A stretch of DNA of 64,000 bases, taken from NCBI GenBank assembly GCA_036381495.1, contig DASVCS010000032.1:10448-74447 (forward strand). The letters are read 5' to 3'. Both the position numbers and the translations under genes were made by a program. This stretch comes from Longimicrobiales bacterium. Lineage in GTDB: Bacteria > Gemmatimonadota > Gemmatimonadetes > Longimicrobiales > RSA9. The notes beneath the pieces were generated by a model, which did no database searches, was not told the DNA's origin, and saw only the letters and a list, made by a program, of their open reading frames with translations. Positions 1-8,931 of this stretch are shown here, piece after piece (within the stretch, counting starts at the first letter, position 1; the number at the start of each line of letters is the position of its first letter).

Positions 1-92
1 CATCCGGCCGGCGCCCTCGTCGCTGAAGTGAGCGGGATCGCCGGGGGCGTAACAGCACGGTCCGACGAAACCGAAATCGTCTGCTCCGGCCC

Positions 93-111
93 GGGCGCCC
101 GACGGGCGCCC
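93..111 (-). terminator. GC hairpin 3' of asnS (candidate terminator)
   Basis: Perfect 8-bp stem GGGCGCCC (93-100) / loop gac / GGGCGCCC (104-111), beginning 3 nt after the asnS stop. It is followed on the minus strand only by a weakly T-rich tail (gatttcggtttcg), so function is uncertain. Confidence 0.3.
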
Positions 112-113
112 CC

Positions 114-1409
<1,296 letters not shown>

Positions 1410-1426
1410 AGCTGTGTCGGACTCCT

Positions 1427-2584
1427 ATGACCAAACCGAAGCGCGGGCGCGCCAGAAGAAAAACGGAGCCAAAGGTAGACGGGCCGGCGTGGGGTGTCAA
1501 TTTCATCGGCGGCGCCGCACTCGTGGCGCTCGGGGCGTGCAGCGGGCTCGAGCAGCCGGTGCCGGTGGCCGAGCTCGGTGCGAGGCAGGACGCCACGCGA
1601 GATCTCCCGGTGCCGGACTCGGTGGCGGCCGCGTGGCGGGCGCGGATCGGCTCGGCGCTGCTGGCGTCGCTGACGGCGGAGGACCCGGTGCTGCTGGGTG
1701 CCGCCGGGGATGGCACGGTCGCGGCGCTCTCGACGGCGACGGGCGAAGTGTTCTGGACGCGCGAGGTCCCCGGCGCGGTCGGCGGCGGCGTGATCCGGGA
1801 CGGGCTCCGGCTCTTCGTGGCCTCGGCGGACGAGCATGGCGGCGTGTACGCGCTCCGCCTGCGCGACGGGGTGCGACTGTGGGAGCGACGCGTCGGCGCG
1901 GTCTCGTTCGCGCCGGCCGTCGCGAGGGACACGGTCTACCTGGCCGCGGATGACGGGACGGTCTACGCACTGGATGCCGGGACCGGACGGGAGGCGTGGC
2001 GAACGCGGCTGACGGGACGGGCGGCGGCCTCCCCGGTGGTGGACGCGACGGCGGTCGTCGCAGCGACCACGGCCGATACCTTGTACTGGCTGGCGCGGGG
2101 CACGGGCGAGGTCGTCGCGCGGCACGCGCTGGCTGCGGGCGTCTCGGCGGAGCCGCGGCGCGCGGGCGAGCGGCTGTACCTGCCGCTGCACTCGGGCGCA
2201 GTGGCGGCGTACGACCTGGCCGGTCGCAGACCGCTCTGGCGGGCCGAGACGGGAGAGCCGATCCTGGCCGCGCCCGTCGTCGCCCGCGACGGCACGGTGT
2301 ACGTCCTGAACCGCGCCGCCGGCGTGTGGCGCATCGCGCCCGATGGCGCGGCGACGCCGATGGCCGAGCTCGGCGGCGCCGCGCGCGGCTCGCTCACGCT
2401 TGCCGGTGAACGGTTGCTGGTGGGGCTGCTGGACGGTACGCTGCTCGCGCTCGACACCACCGGCGCCACCGTGTGGAGCGAGCGCCTCGACGACTCGATC
2501 GTCGCGCCGGTTGCGGTGGCCGGCGGCGCGATCTACGTGCCGCTGCTGCGCGGAACGGTCGTCAAGCTCGAGGGGGTCCAGTGA
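1427..2584 (+). CDS. PQQ-like beta-propeller repeat lipoprotein (BamB-like)
   Basis: 385-aa ORF with a lipobox-like LVALGAC near the N-terminus. It has repeated 'G.VYALDA.TG...W' PQQ/beta-propeller blades. The start is uncertain because it lies only 17 bp from the divergent asnS start. Confidence 0.7.
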   Translation: MTKPKRGRARRKTEPKVDGPAWGVNFIGGAALVALGACSGLEQPVPVAELGARQDATRDLPVPDSVAAAWRARIGSALLASLTAEDPVLLGAAGDGTVAALSTATGEVFWTREVPGAVGGGVIRDGLRLFVASADEHGGVYALRLRDGVRLWERRVGAVSFAPAVARDTVYLAADDGTVYALDAGTGREAWRTRLTGRAAASPVVDATAVVAATTADTLYWLARGTGEVVARHALAAGVSAEPRRAGERLYLPLHSGAVAAYDLAGRRPLWRAETGEPILAAPVVARDGTVYVLNRAAGVWRIAPDGAATPMAELGGAARGSLTLAGERLLVGLLDGTLLALDTTGATVWSERLDDSIVAPVAVAGGAIYVPLLRGTVVKLEGVQ

Positions 2585-3111
2585 TGGCGCGCGCAGTATG
2601 GCTCGCGCTCTGCCTGATCGCCGCGCTGCGGCCCGCGCTCGCGTTCACGCAGGACACGACCCGCGCCGGCCCGCAGCCGGACGCCGCCACGCGGCCGGTC
2701 CGGACGGATGCATGGCGGCCGCTCCGCGTCGCGAAATGGGCGACATTGGGCACGGCCATCCTCTCCGTCGGATACGGCTTCGCCGCCTCACTGGCTGCCG
2801 ATACGCGCTACGACCGGATCGAGGCGGCGTGCGCAGCGGCCGACGCCCGCTGCGAGCGACGCTCCGCCTCGGGCGCCTACGCCGACGCCCAACTCCAGCG
2901 TCTGCACGATGAGGCGCAGCGCCTGGACGGACGTGCACGCCTCGCGCTGCTGGCGGGCCAGGTCGCCGCGGCGGCGAGCGTACTCCTCTTCATCCTCGAT
3001 CTCCAAGAGAATCCCGCGCCACCGAACGTACCGTACGAGCCGCCGCGCATCCGGCTGGCGCCGTCCACCGACGGCGGCGCGCGGTTGACCGTACGCGTGC
3101 CGGTGCCGTAG
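2584..3111 (+). CDS. Hypothetical secreted/membrane protein
   Basis: The ATG overlaps the upstream stop (GTGATG). It has a signal-peptide-like N-terminus (MARAVWLALCLIAALRPALAF) and two hydrophobic segments. No family recognised. Confidence 0.45.
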   Translation: MARAVWLALCLIAALRPALAFTQDTTRAGPQPDAATRPVRTDAWRPLRVAKWATLGTAILSVGYGFAASLAADTRYDRIEAACAAADARCERRSASGAYADAQLQRLHDEAQRLDGRARLALLAGQVAAAASVLLFILDLQENPAPPNVPYEPPRIRLAPSTDGGARLTVRVPVP

Positions 3112-3205
3112 AGGCGGCACTGCACGCCGTCAGGATCGGGCCGGGGATTCGGGTCGGGACACGCGCTCGCGCGCGGCCCACGGACGGGACCGCGGGAGGG
3201 TGCCG

Positions 3206-3916
3206 TCACCCCGTACCGGTGCGCTGCTGCGGCAGGCACGTGGTGAAGATTTCGTCGACGAGCGCCTGGCGTCTTTCGGCGTCGCTCATCGAGGCGGCCG
3301 GATCGAACACGGATCCGCGATCGGCTCCCGGAGCCTCATCGGCGAGCATCGCCCCGGGGTCGAAGAGCTGCGCGATCGCGTCCAGCCGTTGTTCGACGTC
3401 GAGCAGCGCGCTCGATGCGTGGCCGAGTTGCTGGGCGGTGATGTCCTGGAACTGGAGGCAGCCGATGAGGCGAAACACCTCGTCGCGCAGCTCGGCGCGC
3501 AGTCGTTCATCATCGGCGTTCGGGTCGCCGCGGTCCCGGGCGGCGGCATCGAGTTGGTCCAGCAGGCCGAGCGCGCGATCCAGGCCGTCCAGCATGTCGG
3601 TGGCGGCCAACTCGGTGGCCGACGAGACCTCGCGGAGCTTTGCGTGCGTGTGCTGGACGCGTTCGACCGCCGCCCGTTCGATGGCGCCACGGGAGCGCCG
3701 CAGCACATCGAGGGTGCGGGTGATCTCGTCGTAGGCCCGGAGCAGCATGAGCGGGAGCACGGAGAGCCCGGGCTCCCGGTCCGTGAGTTCGTCGAGGAGG
3801 CGGGCGATCCGGTCGTCGCCCGGGTCGTGTCCGCGCAGCTCTTCGAGGAGGGCGTCGACCAGTCGCAGCGTCTCCTCCGAATCGCTGAGCAACTCGGCGG
3901 TCAGTCGCCTCGGCAC
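3206..3916 (-). CDS. cheZ: CheZ-type CheY-P phosphatase
   Basis: 236-aa ORF immediately downstream of cheY. It contains the CheZ active-site helix motif (LQFQDITAQQL, compare E. coli DFQDLTGQ) and a C-terminal CheY-binding-like tail. Confidence 0.75.
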   Translation of the reverse strand: MPRRLTAELLSDSEETLRLVDALLEELRGHDPGDDRIARLLDELTDREPGLSVLPLMLLRAYDEITRTLDVLRRSRGAIERAAVERVQHTHAKLREVSSATELAATDMLDGLDRALGLLDQLDAAARDRGDPNADDERLRAELRDEVFRLIGCLQFQDITAQQLGHASSALLDVEQRLDAIAQLFDPGAMLADEAPGADRGSVFDPAASMSDAERRQALVDEIFTTCLPQQRTGTG

Positions 3917-3917
3917 G

Positions 3918-4301
3918 TCACCCTCGCGCCGCGCCGGATACCGCGGAGAGGACCTGCTCGATCTTCTCCTTCAGCACCTGAGGCGTGAACGGCTTCACCA
4001 CATAGTTGTTCACGCCGGCCTCGGCGGCGGCCAGGATGTCCTCGCGCGCGCTGCGCGTGGTCACCATGAGGACGGGGACGTCGCGCGCGTCATCGCGTGC
4101 GCGCAACGCGCGCACGAGGTCGAGCCCGCCGACGTTCGGCATGTTCCAATCCGTGATCACGAAGTCGATCGACGCGTCGAACCGGTCGAGCGCCTCCGCG
4201 CCGTCGCTCGCCTCGACGCAGTCCCCGTAGCCGATGCGTTGGAGCGAGTTGATCACGATCCGCCGCATGGTGGCCGAGTCGTCCACGACCAGGAACTTCA
4301 T
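3918..4301 (-). CDS. cheY: Chemotaxis response regulator CheY
   Basis: 127-aa single REC domain (MKFLVVDDS..., ITDWNMPN phospho-acceptor Asp, VVKPFT). Confidence 0.9.
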   Translation of the reverse strand: MKFLVVDDSATMRRIVINSLQRIGYGDCVEASDGAEALDRFDASIDFVITDWNMPNVGGLDLVRALRARDDARDVPVLMVTTRSAREDILAAAEAGVNNYVVKPFTPQVLKEKIEQVLSAVSGAARG

Positions 4302-4330
4302 GGATACTTCCTCCCCGAGACCCGCGGCGC

Positions 4331-4645
4331 TCAGATGTCGCCCGAATCGAGCAGCCGCCTGGCCAGTTCATCGATCATGGCAGGCGCATCATACGCGCCG
4401 CGCGCGATCCGATCCCGGATCCCTTCGACGCGTGCCGGATCGAGGTCCTCCAATTCCTCCGCCGGAAAACGATCGCGCGCCCCGGCGAGCGCGCGTCCCT
4501 CCTCAGAGATCTCGACGTGGTCGGCATGGCGCGAGGCGATCGGGCCACGGACCGGCGCCGGCGCCGGCTCCACCCGGCCGGTGTCGCGCTCTACCCGGAT
4601 GCCCGTTCCCTGCGCGGAATCGGGCCGAACGTCGTCGATATTCAT
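4331..4645 (-). CDS. flgM: Anti-sigma-28 factor FlgM
   Basis: The C-terminal region fits the FlgM family (VEISEEGRAL ... RVEGIRDRIARGAYDAPAMIDELARRLL). I chose the start at ATG 4645 because a GGAGG lies 5 nt upstream and the longer ORF start sits inside the promoter. Confidence 0.8.
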   Translation of the reverse strand: MNIDDVRPDSAQGTGIRVERDTGRVEPAPAPVRGPIASRHADHVEISEEGRALAGARDRFPAEELEDLDPARVEGIRDRIARGAYDAPAMIDELARRLLDSGDI

Positions 4646-4665
4646 AGGCACCTCCATCGATCCAA

Positions 4666-4693
4666 GGTTCGGCCGTCGCGGATGCAAACTTTA
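4666..4693 (-). promoter_or_regulatory. Sigma-28 (FliA) promoter of flgM-cheY-cheZ
   Basis: The minus strand reads TAAAGTTT-N12-GCCGAACC, against the enteric consensus TAAAGTTT-N11-GCCGATAA. The site lies about 20 nt upstream of the flgM start. Confidence 0.6.
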
Positions 4694-4790
4694 AGGTGCG
4701 CGAGGCGCCGGCGGCACGGGCACGCGTCGTGAATGCGAACATCGGGCCGGACCGCCCGCATACCTTGCAAACTGGAGGCGACCGAACGTC

Positions 4791-5936
4791 ATGGGCAGAA
4801 TCCTGATCACCGGAGGCGCGGGTTTCATCGGCTCGCACGCCGTCGACCGTTTCGTACGCGACGGCCACGAGGTGATGGTGCTGGACAACCTGGATCCGCA
4901 GGTGCACCGGGGCCGCGCGGCGGACTCGCCGGTCCACATCGGCGAGCACGTGCGGACTGGCCGCGTGCGCTTCCTCCGCGGCGATGTGCGGAGCCGCGCG
5001 GACGTCGAGCAGTCGCTGGATGGTGTGGACACGGTGGTACACCTGGCGGCGGCGGTCGGGGTGGGCCAGTCGATGTACGAGCCGTTCTACTACATGGACG
5101 TCAACGGCTCCGGACAGGCGATGCTGATGGAGGTGATGGCGCGCGAGCCGAAGCGGTGGCGCCGCTTCGTGGTGGCGAGCTCGATGAGCATCTACGGCGA
5201 GGGGCTCTACCGCTGTCCGGTGCACGGCGACTTGGCGCCCGCGCCGCGGCCCGACACGCAGCTCGCCGACGGCGCGTGGGAGTTGCGCTGCCCCGAGCCC
5301 GGCTGCGGGCGGACGGTCATGCCGCTGGCGACGCCCGAGGTCAAGCCGCTCCAGTTCACGAGCATCTACGCGATCTCGAAGAAGGTGCAGGAAGAGCTGG
5401 CGCTCTGTTTCGGCCGCGCCTACGACATCCCGACGGTCGCACTGCGCTTCTTCAACGTCTACGGCTCGCGGCAGTCGCTGTCGAACCCGTACACGGGCGT
5501 GGCGGCGATCTTCATGAGTCGCCTGAAGAACGGGCGCCCGCCGCTGATCTTCGAGGACGGCGGACAGAGCCGCGACTTCATCCACGTCTCGGACGTGGCG
5601 GAAGCCATCTACCGCGCCGCGACCGCCGAAGACGCCGCGACGGGGGCGTACAACGTCTGCACCGGCCGTCCGACCACGGTGCGCGAAGTGGCCGAGGTGC
5701 TGGCCCTCCGGCTCGAGTTGGACATTGCGCCGCGGATCGTCGGGAAGTTCCGGTCCGGCGACATCCGGCACTGCATCGGCGATCCCACGGCCGCGGCGGA
5801 GGCGCTGGGCTTCCGTGCCCGCGTGGGGCTGGCCGAAGGATTCGATGAGTTGCTGGCCTGGGCCGCCGATGAGGAGGCGGAGGACGGCGTGGCGGCGAGC
5901 TTCGCCGCGCTCGAGCGGCAAGGGCTCGTCCGCTGA
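4791..5936 (+). CDS. NAD-dependent epimerase/dehydratase (extended SDR)
   Basis: 381-aa ORF with a Rossmann motif ILITGGAGFIGSH and a YxxxK-type region (YAISKKVQE). Substrate unknown. Confidence 0.85.
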   Translation: MGRILITGGAGFIGSHAVDRFVRDGHEVMVLDNLDPQVHRGRAADSPVHIGEHVRTGRVRFLRGDVRSRADVEQSLDGVDTVVHLAAAVGVGQSMYEPFYYMDVNGSGQAMLMEVMAREPKRWRRFVVASSMSIYGEGLYRCPVHGDLAPAPRPDTQLADGAWELRCPEPGCGRTVMPLATPEVKPLQFTSIYAISKKVQEELALCFGRAYDIPTVALRFFNVYGSRQSLSNPYTGVAAIFMSRLKNGRPPLIFEDGGQSRDFIHVSDVAEAIYRAATAEDAATGAYNVCTGRPTTVREVAEVLALRLELDIAPRIVGKFRSGDIRHCIGDPTAAAEALGFRARVGLAEGFDELLAWAADEEAEDGVAASFAALERQGLVR

Positions 5937-6198
5937 ACGGAGATCCCGGACCCATGAACGACGCACCGATGACGGAGCCGCGCTGGGGAAACGCCGGGAA
6001 AGTGGGTGGTGCCGCCGCCGCGGACCCGGCGTGGGGCCTGCCGGCGCTGCTCGGAGCGGTGGCCGCGTCGGCCGCGGGGGACCGGGACACCGCGATCCGG
6101 CGACCGGATGCGGCACGCGCGGGATCCTTCGCGCCGGGGGCGATCCCGTTCCCGCTCACGCATGAGGGTCTCGCGCTCGGTCGGGGGCGGCGCGGTGC

Positions 6199-6594
6199 TC
6201 ATCCGTCGCCGCCCCGGGATGCCGCGTAGCTCTCGGCGGCTTCGCGCCAGCCTTCGTCGAGCATGGCGACCATGTCGATCACGCGGCCGAGGCGCTCCCG
6301 GTCGAGGGAACGACTGATCCCGGCCAGTTCGCCAAGGAAGTAGCCGTAGAGCGCCGCCAGACGCCCGGCCAGGTCGCCGCCCACATCGAAGTTCAATCCG
6401 CCGAGCAGCTCGAAGAGAATGGCCGACGCCTTCTCGAAGCTGGCCGACTTCCCCTCGAGGTCGCACATCTCGATCTGGCGCGCGGCTCGGCGGAGGTTCA
6501 ACAGGAGCTGCTCGTAGAGCAGGGGTACGACCTGCTCGCTCGAGCTGTTGAGGCGCTGGTTCCGCAGATACGCGCCGCCATCATTGTATCGCAT
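6199..6594 (-). CDS. fliS: Flagellar export chaperone FliS
   Basis: 131-aa ORF with the FliS four-helix pattern (PLLYEQLLLNLRRA ... KASAILFELLGGLNFD ... LAALYGYF). Confidence 0.8.
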   Translation of the reverse strand: MRYNDGGAYLRNQRLNSSSEQVVPLLYEQLLLNLRRAARQIEMCDLEGKSASFEKASAILFELLGGLNFDVGGDLAGRLAALYGYFLGELAGISRSLDRERLGRVIDMVAMLDEGWREAAESYAASRGGDG

Positions 6595-6638
6595 GATCGC
6601 CTGCGTTGAGCCGAAGGGACGTCATTGCGACCTCGCGT

Positions 6639-6821
6639 CTACGAGTGCACGAGTTGCGAGGTCGGCCGTTGCGCCTGGGACTGCGCGCGGGCGAGCGCCG
6701 TCTCCATGGCGGCGAACTCGCGGGCCAACGGTTCGCGGCGCTGGTCGAGGCGCGCCTCCGCGTCCGCGATACGGTCCTCGATCCGCTGAACGCTGGCGTC
6801 CAACCCGTCGATGGGCGGACG
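6639..6821 (-). pseudogene. fliD: fliD 3' remnant (last ~60 codons of the filament cap protein)
   Basis: Translation IDGLDASVQRIEDRIADAEARLDQRREPLAREFAAMETALARAQSQ fits the conserved FliD C-terminal coiled coil. It lies in the canonical position just upstream of fliS. There is no plausible start and no N-terminal or central domains. Confidence 0.55.
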
Positions 6822-6999
6822 ACTCCTTGAAGATGCGTTTGACGACAGCCGGTTTGTTCCCCACGATGATGATGCCCAGGCCCGCGCCCCCGATGATGAA
6901 CTCGGAGACCTGGAGCCGCGCGAAGACGTTGCCGCCGTGCATCGGGTAGCCGGCGGGGATGCTCCCGAAGACGACAGCGAGGCCCGCAATGATGGACAC
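6822..6999 (-). pseudogene. motA: motA 5' remnant (first ~57 codons)
   Basis: From GTG at 6999 the translation is SIIAGLAVVFGSIPAGYPMHGGNVFARLQVSEFIIGGAGLGIIIVGNKPAVVKRIFK. This aligns residue for residue with the E. coli MotA N-terminus (LGYLVVLGTVFGGYLMTGGSLGALYQPAELVIIAGAGIGSFIVGNNGKAIKGTLK). Homology then stops and the frame differs from the fliD remnant. Confidence 0.6.
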
Positions 7000-7113
7000 G
7001 GTCGATTCTGCGCCAGTGCAACGGATGTCCGTGATGATGTCCCGCCCGACAGTATCGGCGAGTCGGGCTTCGGGCTGCAATTCAGGGTTGCGGACGTGGG
7101 CCGGAGGCGCCGC

Positions 7114-7890
7114 GTGAGTGGCGCGGCGGCGGCGTGGCAAGCGCTGGGTGAGGAGATCCTCGCCGGGTTCTGTCACGAGATGAACGGGCGGCTCACCACG
7201 CTGCGCGGCACGCTCGAGCTGGCGTGCATGGACGGCCAGGTCGAGGCGGGGGTGGGCGACGAACTGGCGGCCGAGCTCGAGCGGCTCGAACGCACGGTCC
7301 GGCTGGTTCGCCACCTGGGCGCGGAGCGCGACACGGAGCCCGAGCCGATCCGCCCGATCGAACTCCTGCCGCTGGCCGTGACGCTGCTACGACATCACCG
7401 CGAGCTGGGCGGCATCGAGGTCGAGGTGGCCGAGGTCGGCGACACGCCGGCGGTGCTGGCGCCGTGGTCGCGGCTGCTGCGGCTGCTCACGCTCCTGCTG
7501 GCCGGCGCCGCCGAGGCCGCGCAGCGGGACGGGCGCGGCGGGGTGCGCGTGGAGGTACGAGGCGATGGCGATGACGTGGTGGTGGAGGCGGGGCGCGGGG
7601 CGCGCCCGACCGCGGGGTCCGGGGCCGAGACGCCGGCAGAGGCGAGAGCGGGAGATGCGGTGGCTGTGGGTGGGGCGGAGGCGGGCCGCGGGGCCGGGCT
7701 GGACGGTCCGGTCGGCGATGGAGCCGGCCACGCCCGGACGCCGCCCGGCGATCCCGCGCGAGGCCCGCTCGTGCTTGCCGATGCGTTGCGCGCCGGTGCC
7801 GCCGCATTGGGCGGTACGCTCGTCGGGGCGAGTGGCGCGGAGGATCGGCTCGCGGTGCGCCTGCCGGCCTGGCGCGACGCGGAACCGTAG
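7114..7890 (+). CDS. Sensor-less NtrB/FlrB-like histidine kinase with degenerate ATPase domain
   Basis: GTG start with GGAGG 6 nt upstream. It has an H-box GFCHEMNGRLTTLRG (compare NtrB AHEIKNPLGGLRG). The N-box Asn is absent (LLTLLLAGAAEAA). The G1/G2 boxes are degenerate (EAGRGA, GRGAGL). Confidence 0.5.
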   Translation: MSGAAAAWQALGEEILAGFCHEMNGRLTTLRGTLELACMDGQVEAGVGDELAAELERLERTVRLVRHLGAERDTEPEPIRPIELLPLAVTLLRHHRELGGIEVEVAEVGDTPAVLAPWSRLLRLLTLLLAGAAEAAQRDGRGGVRVEVRGDGDDVVVEAGRGARPTAGSGAETPAEARAGDAVAVGGAEAGRGAGLDGPVGDGAGHARTPPGDPARGPLVLADALRAGAAALGGTLVGASGAEDRLAVRLPAWRDAEP

Positions 7891-7955
7891 CGGCCGGCTT
7901 CGGCGCGGCGTCGATGCCGGCGTAGCCCGTATTCGCCCCGTCCGGCTGCGGCTCC

Positions 7956-8471
7956 TCAGAGACGACGACGCGGATGCCGCCGTCGACGCGGATCGCGTCG
8001 CCCGGGCGCCGGGTCAGAATCCGTACGCGGCGCGCCGCAGAGGGCGCGGAGGAGTTCGTCGTCGGAGCCCAGCGCGCCGCGCAGGACGTGGCGATTCAAC
8101 GAGACTTCATCCGAGAGCGCGAGCGCCTTCCGCTGGAGTTCGTCGCGCGCGTCACGCAGCGCATCGGTCATCCGGGGGCCGAGCGCGGCGTCCAGTTCGT
8201 CGAGCGTGATGTCGTCGCGGCCGCCGAGGATCATCAGGAGCGTGCGTCGCGAGCGCCGGGCCTCGCCGATGGTCTGGAGCACCCGGTGCGCCGCGAAGAT
8301 GCTCTCGTCCACCCGCTGCACATCATCGGCGGCCACGCCCTCGCGCTGGGCGCGCAGGATCTGCCCCAGCTCATCGAGCAGGCGCAGTTCGGTGCGAATG
8401 GCCGCTTCGAGCGTCTCCACCGTGGGGCGCGGCGTGGCGGCCGTCCCGGAAGCCGTGGATGCGCCGCTCAT
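7956..8471 (-). CDS. flgN: Flagellar chaperone FlgN-like
   Basis: 171-aa helical ORF (LEAAIRTELRLLDELGQILRAQREGVAADD...). Its start overlaps the upstream stop (ATGA). Assignment rests on position and helical pattern. Confidence 0.6.
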   Translation of the reverse strand: MSGASTASGTAATPRPTVETLEAAIRTELRLLDELGQILRAQREGVAADDVQRVDESIFAAHRVLQTIGEARRSRRTLLMILGGRDDITLDELDAALGPRMTDALRDARDELQRKALALSDEVSLNRHVLRGALGSDDELLRALCGAPRTDSDPAPGRRDPRRRRHPRRRL

Positions 8472-8797
8472 TCGCCGCCCGGCTGGCTGGCCGCATCCGT
8501 GCCGCCGTCGGCGCCGCCGCTCAGGCGGCGATGGAGCGCCGCGCCCAGGCCGCGCTCGAAGCGCGCCGCCGCGAGCACCGAAAGCTCGCCATCCAGCAGT
8601 CCGGAGAAGATGTCCTCACCGGCGCCGCCATCGAGGATGCCGCCCTCCGGGATCGTCTCACGAAGCGCCTTCGTCAGTTGCATCATGAATACTCCTTCCA
8701 GTGCGGCGCACGCTTCGCGCAGTGAGACCTCGCCCGTTGTTCCCGGCGCGGGCCCGGCCACCGGAGCGCGTCCGTCCGCGCGGATCGGCGCGCTCAT
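8468..8797 (-). CDS. Rod-binding protein (FlgJ N-terminal domain only)
   Basis: Rod_binding signature ACAALEGVFMMQLTKALRETIPEGG...GEDIFSGLLDGELSVLAAARFERGLGAAL. No muramidase domain is present. The start at ATG 8797 overlaps the upstream stop. Confidence 0.7.
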   Translation of the reverse strand: MSAPIRADGRAPVAGPAPGTTGEVSLREACAALEGVFMMQLTKALRETIPEGGILDGGAGEDIFSGLLDGELSVLAAARFERGLGAALHRRLSGGADGGTDAASQPGGE

Positions 8798-8931
8798 CGG
8801 ACGTCGACCGCCGCCGCCAGCGCGCCCACGCTGCGCAGCGATTGGAAGATCGCCGCGATCGCCGAGGGTGGCGCGGCGGCGGCGATCGTCGCGACGGCCG
8901 CGACGAGAACGGATCCCCGCATACGCTTCAT
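8794..8931 (-). pseudogene. flgI: flgI mini-ORF (signal peptide plus C-terminal ~25 residues of the P-ring protein)
   Basis: 45 codons: MKRMRGSVLVAAVATIAAAA-PPSAIAAIFQSLRSVGALAAAVDVR. The tail matches the conserved FlgI C-terminus (..TP.DL..ILQ.MK.AGAL.AELEVI). A GGAGGG lies upstream of the ATG. About 320 internal codons are missing. Confidence 0.5.

Noticed and set aside
5954-6229. 91-aa plus-strand ORF in the convergent gap between the epimerase gene and fliS.
   Set aside because: It has no RBS and no recognisable family, overlaps the fliS 3' end, and its composition is indistinguishable from GC-rich non-coding sequence. Left unannotated.
7052-7059. GCCGATAC, a perfect-looking sigma-28 -10 box upstream of the motA remnant.
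   Set aside because: No TAAA-type -35 element lies at 11-12 nt (the sequence there is gcagcccg). It is probably a decayed promoter, so it is not listed as a functional feature.
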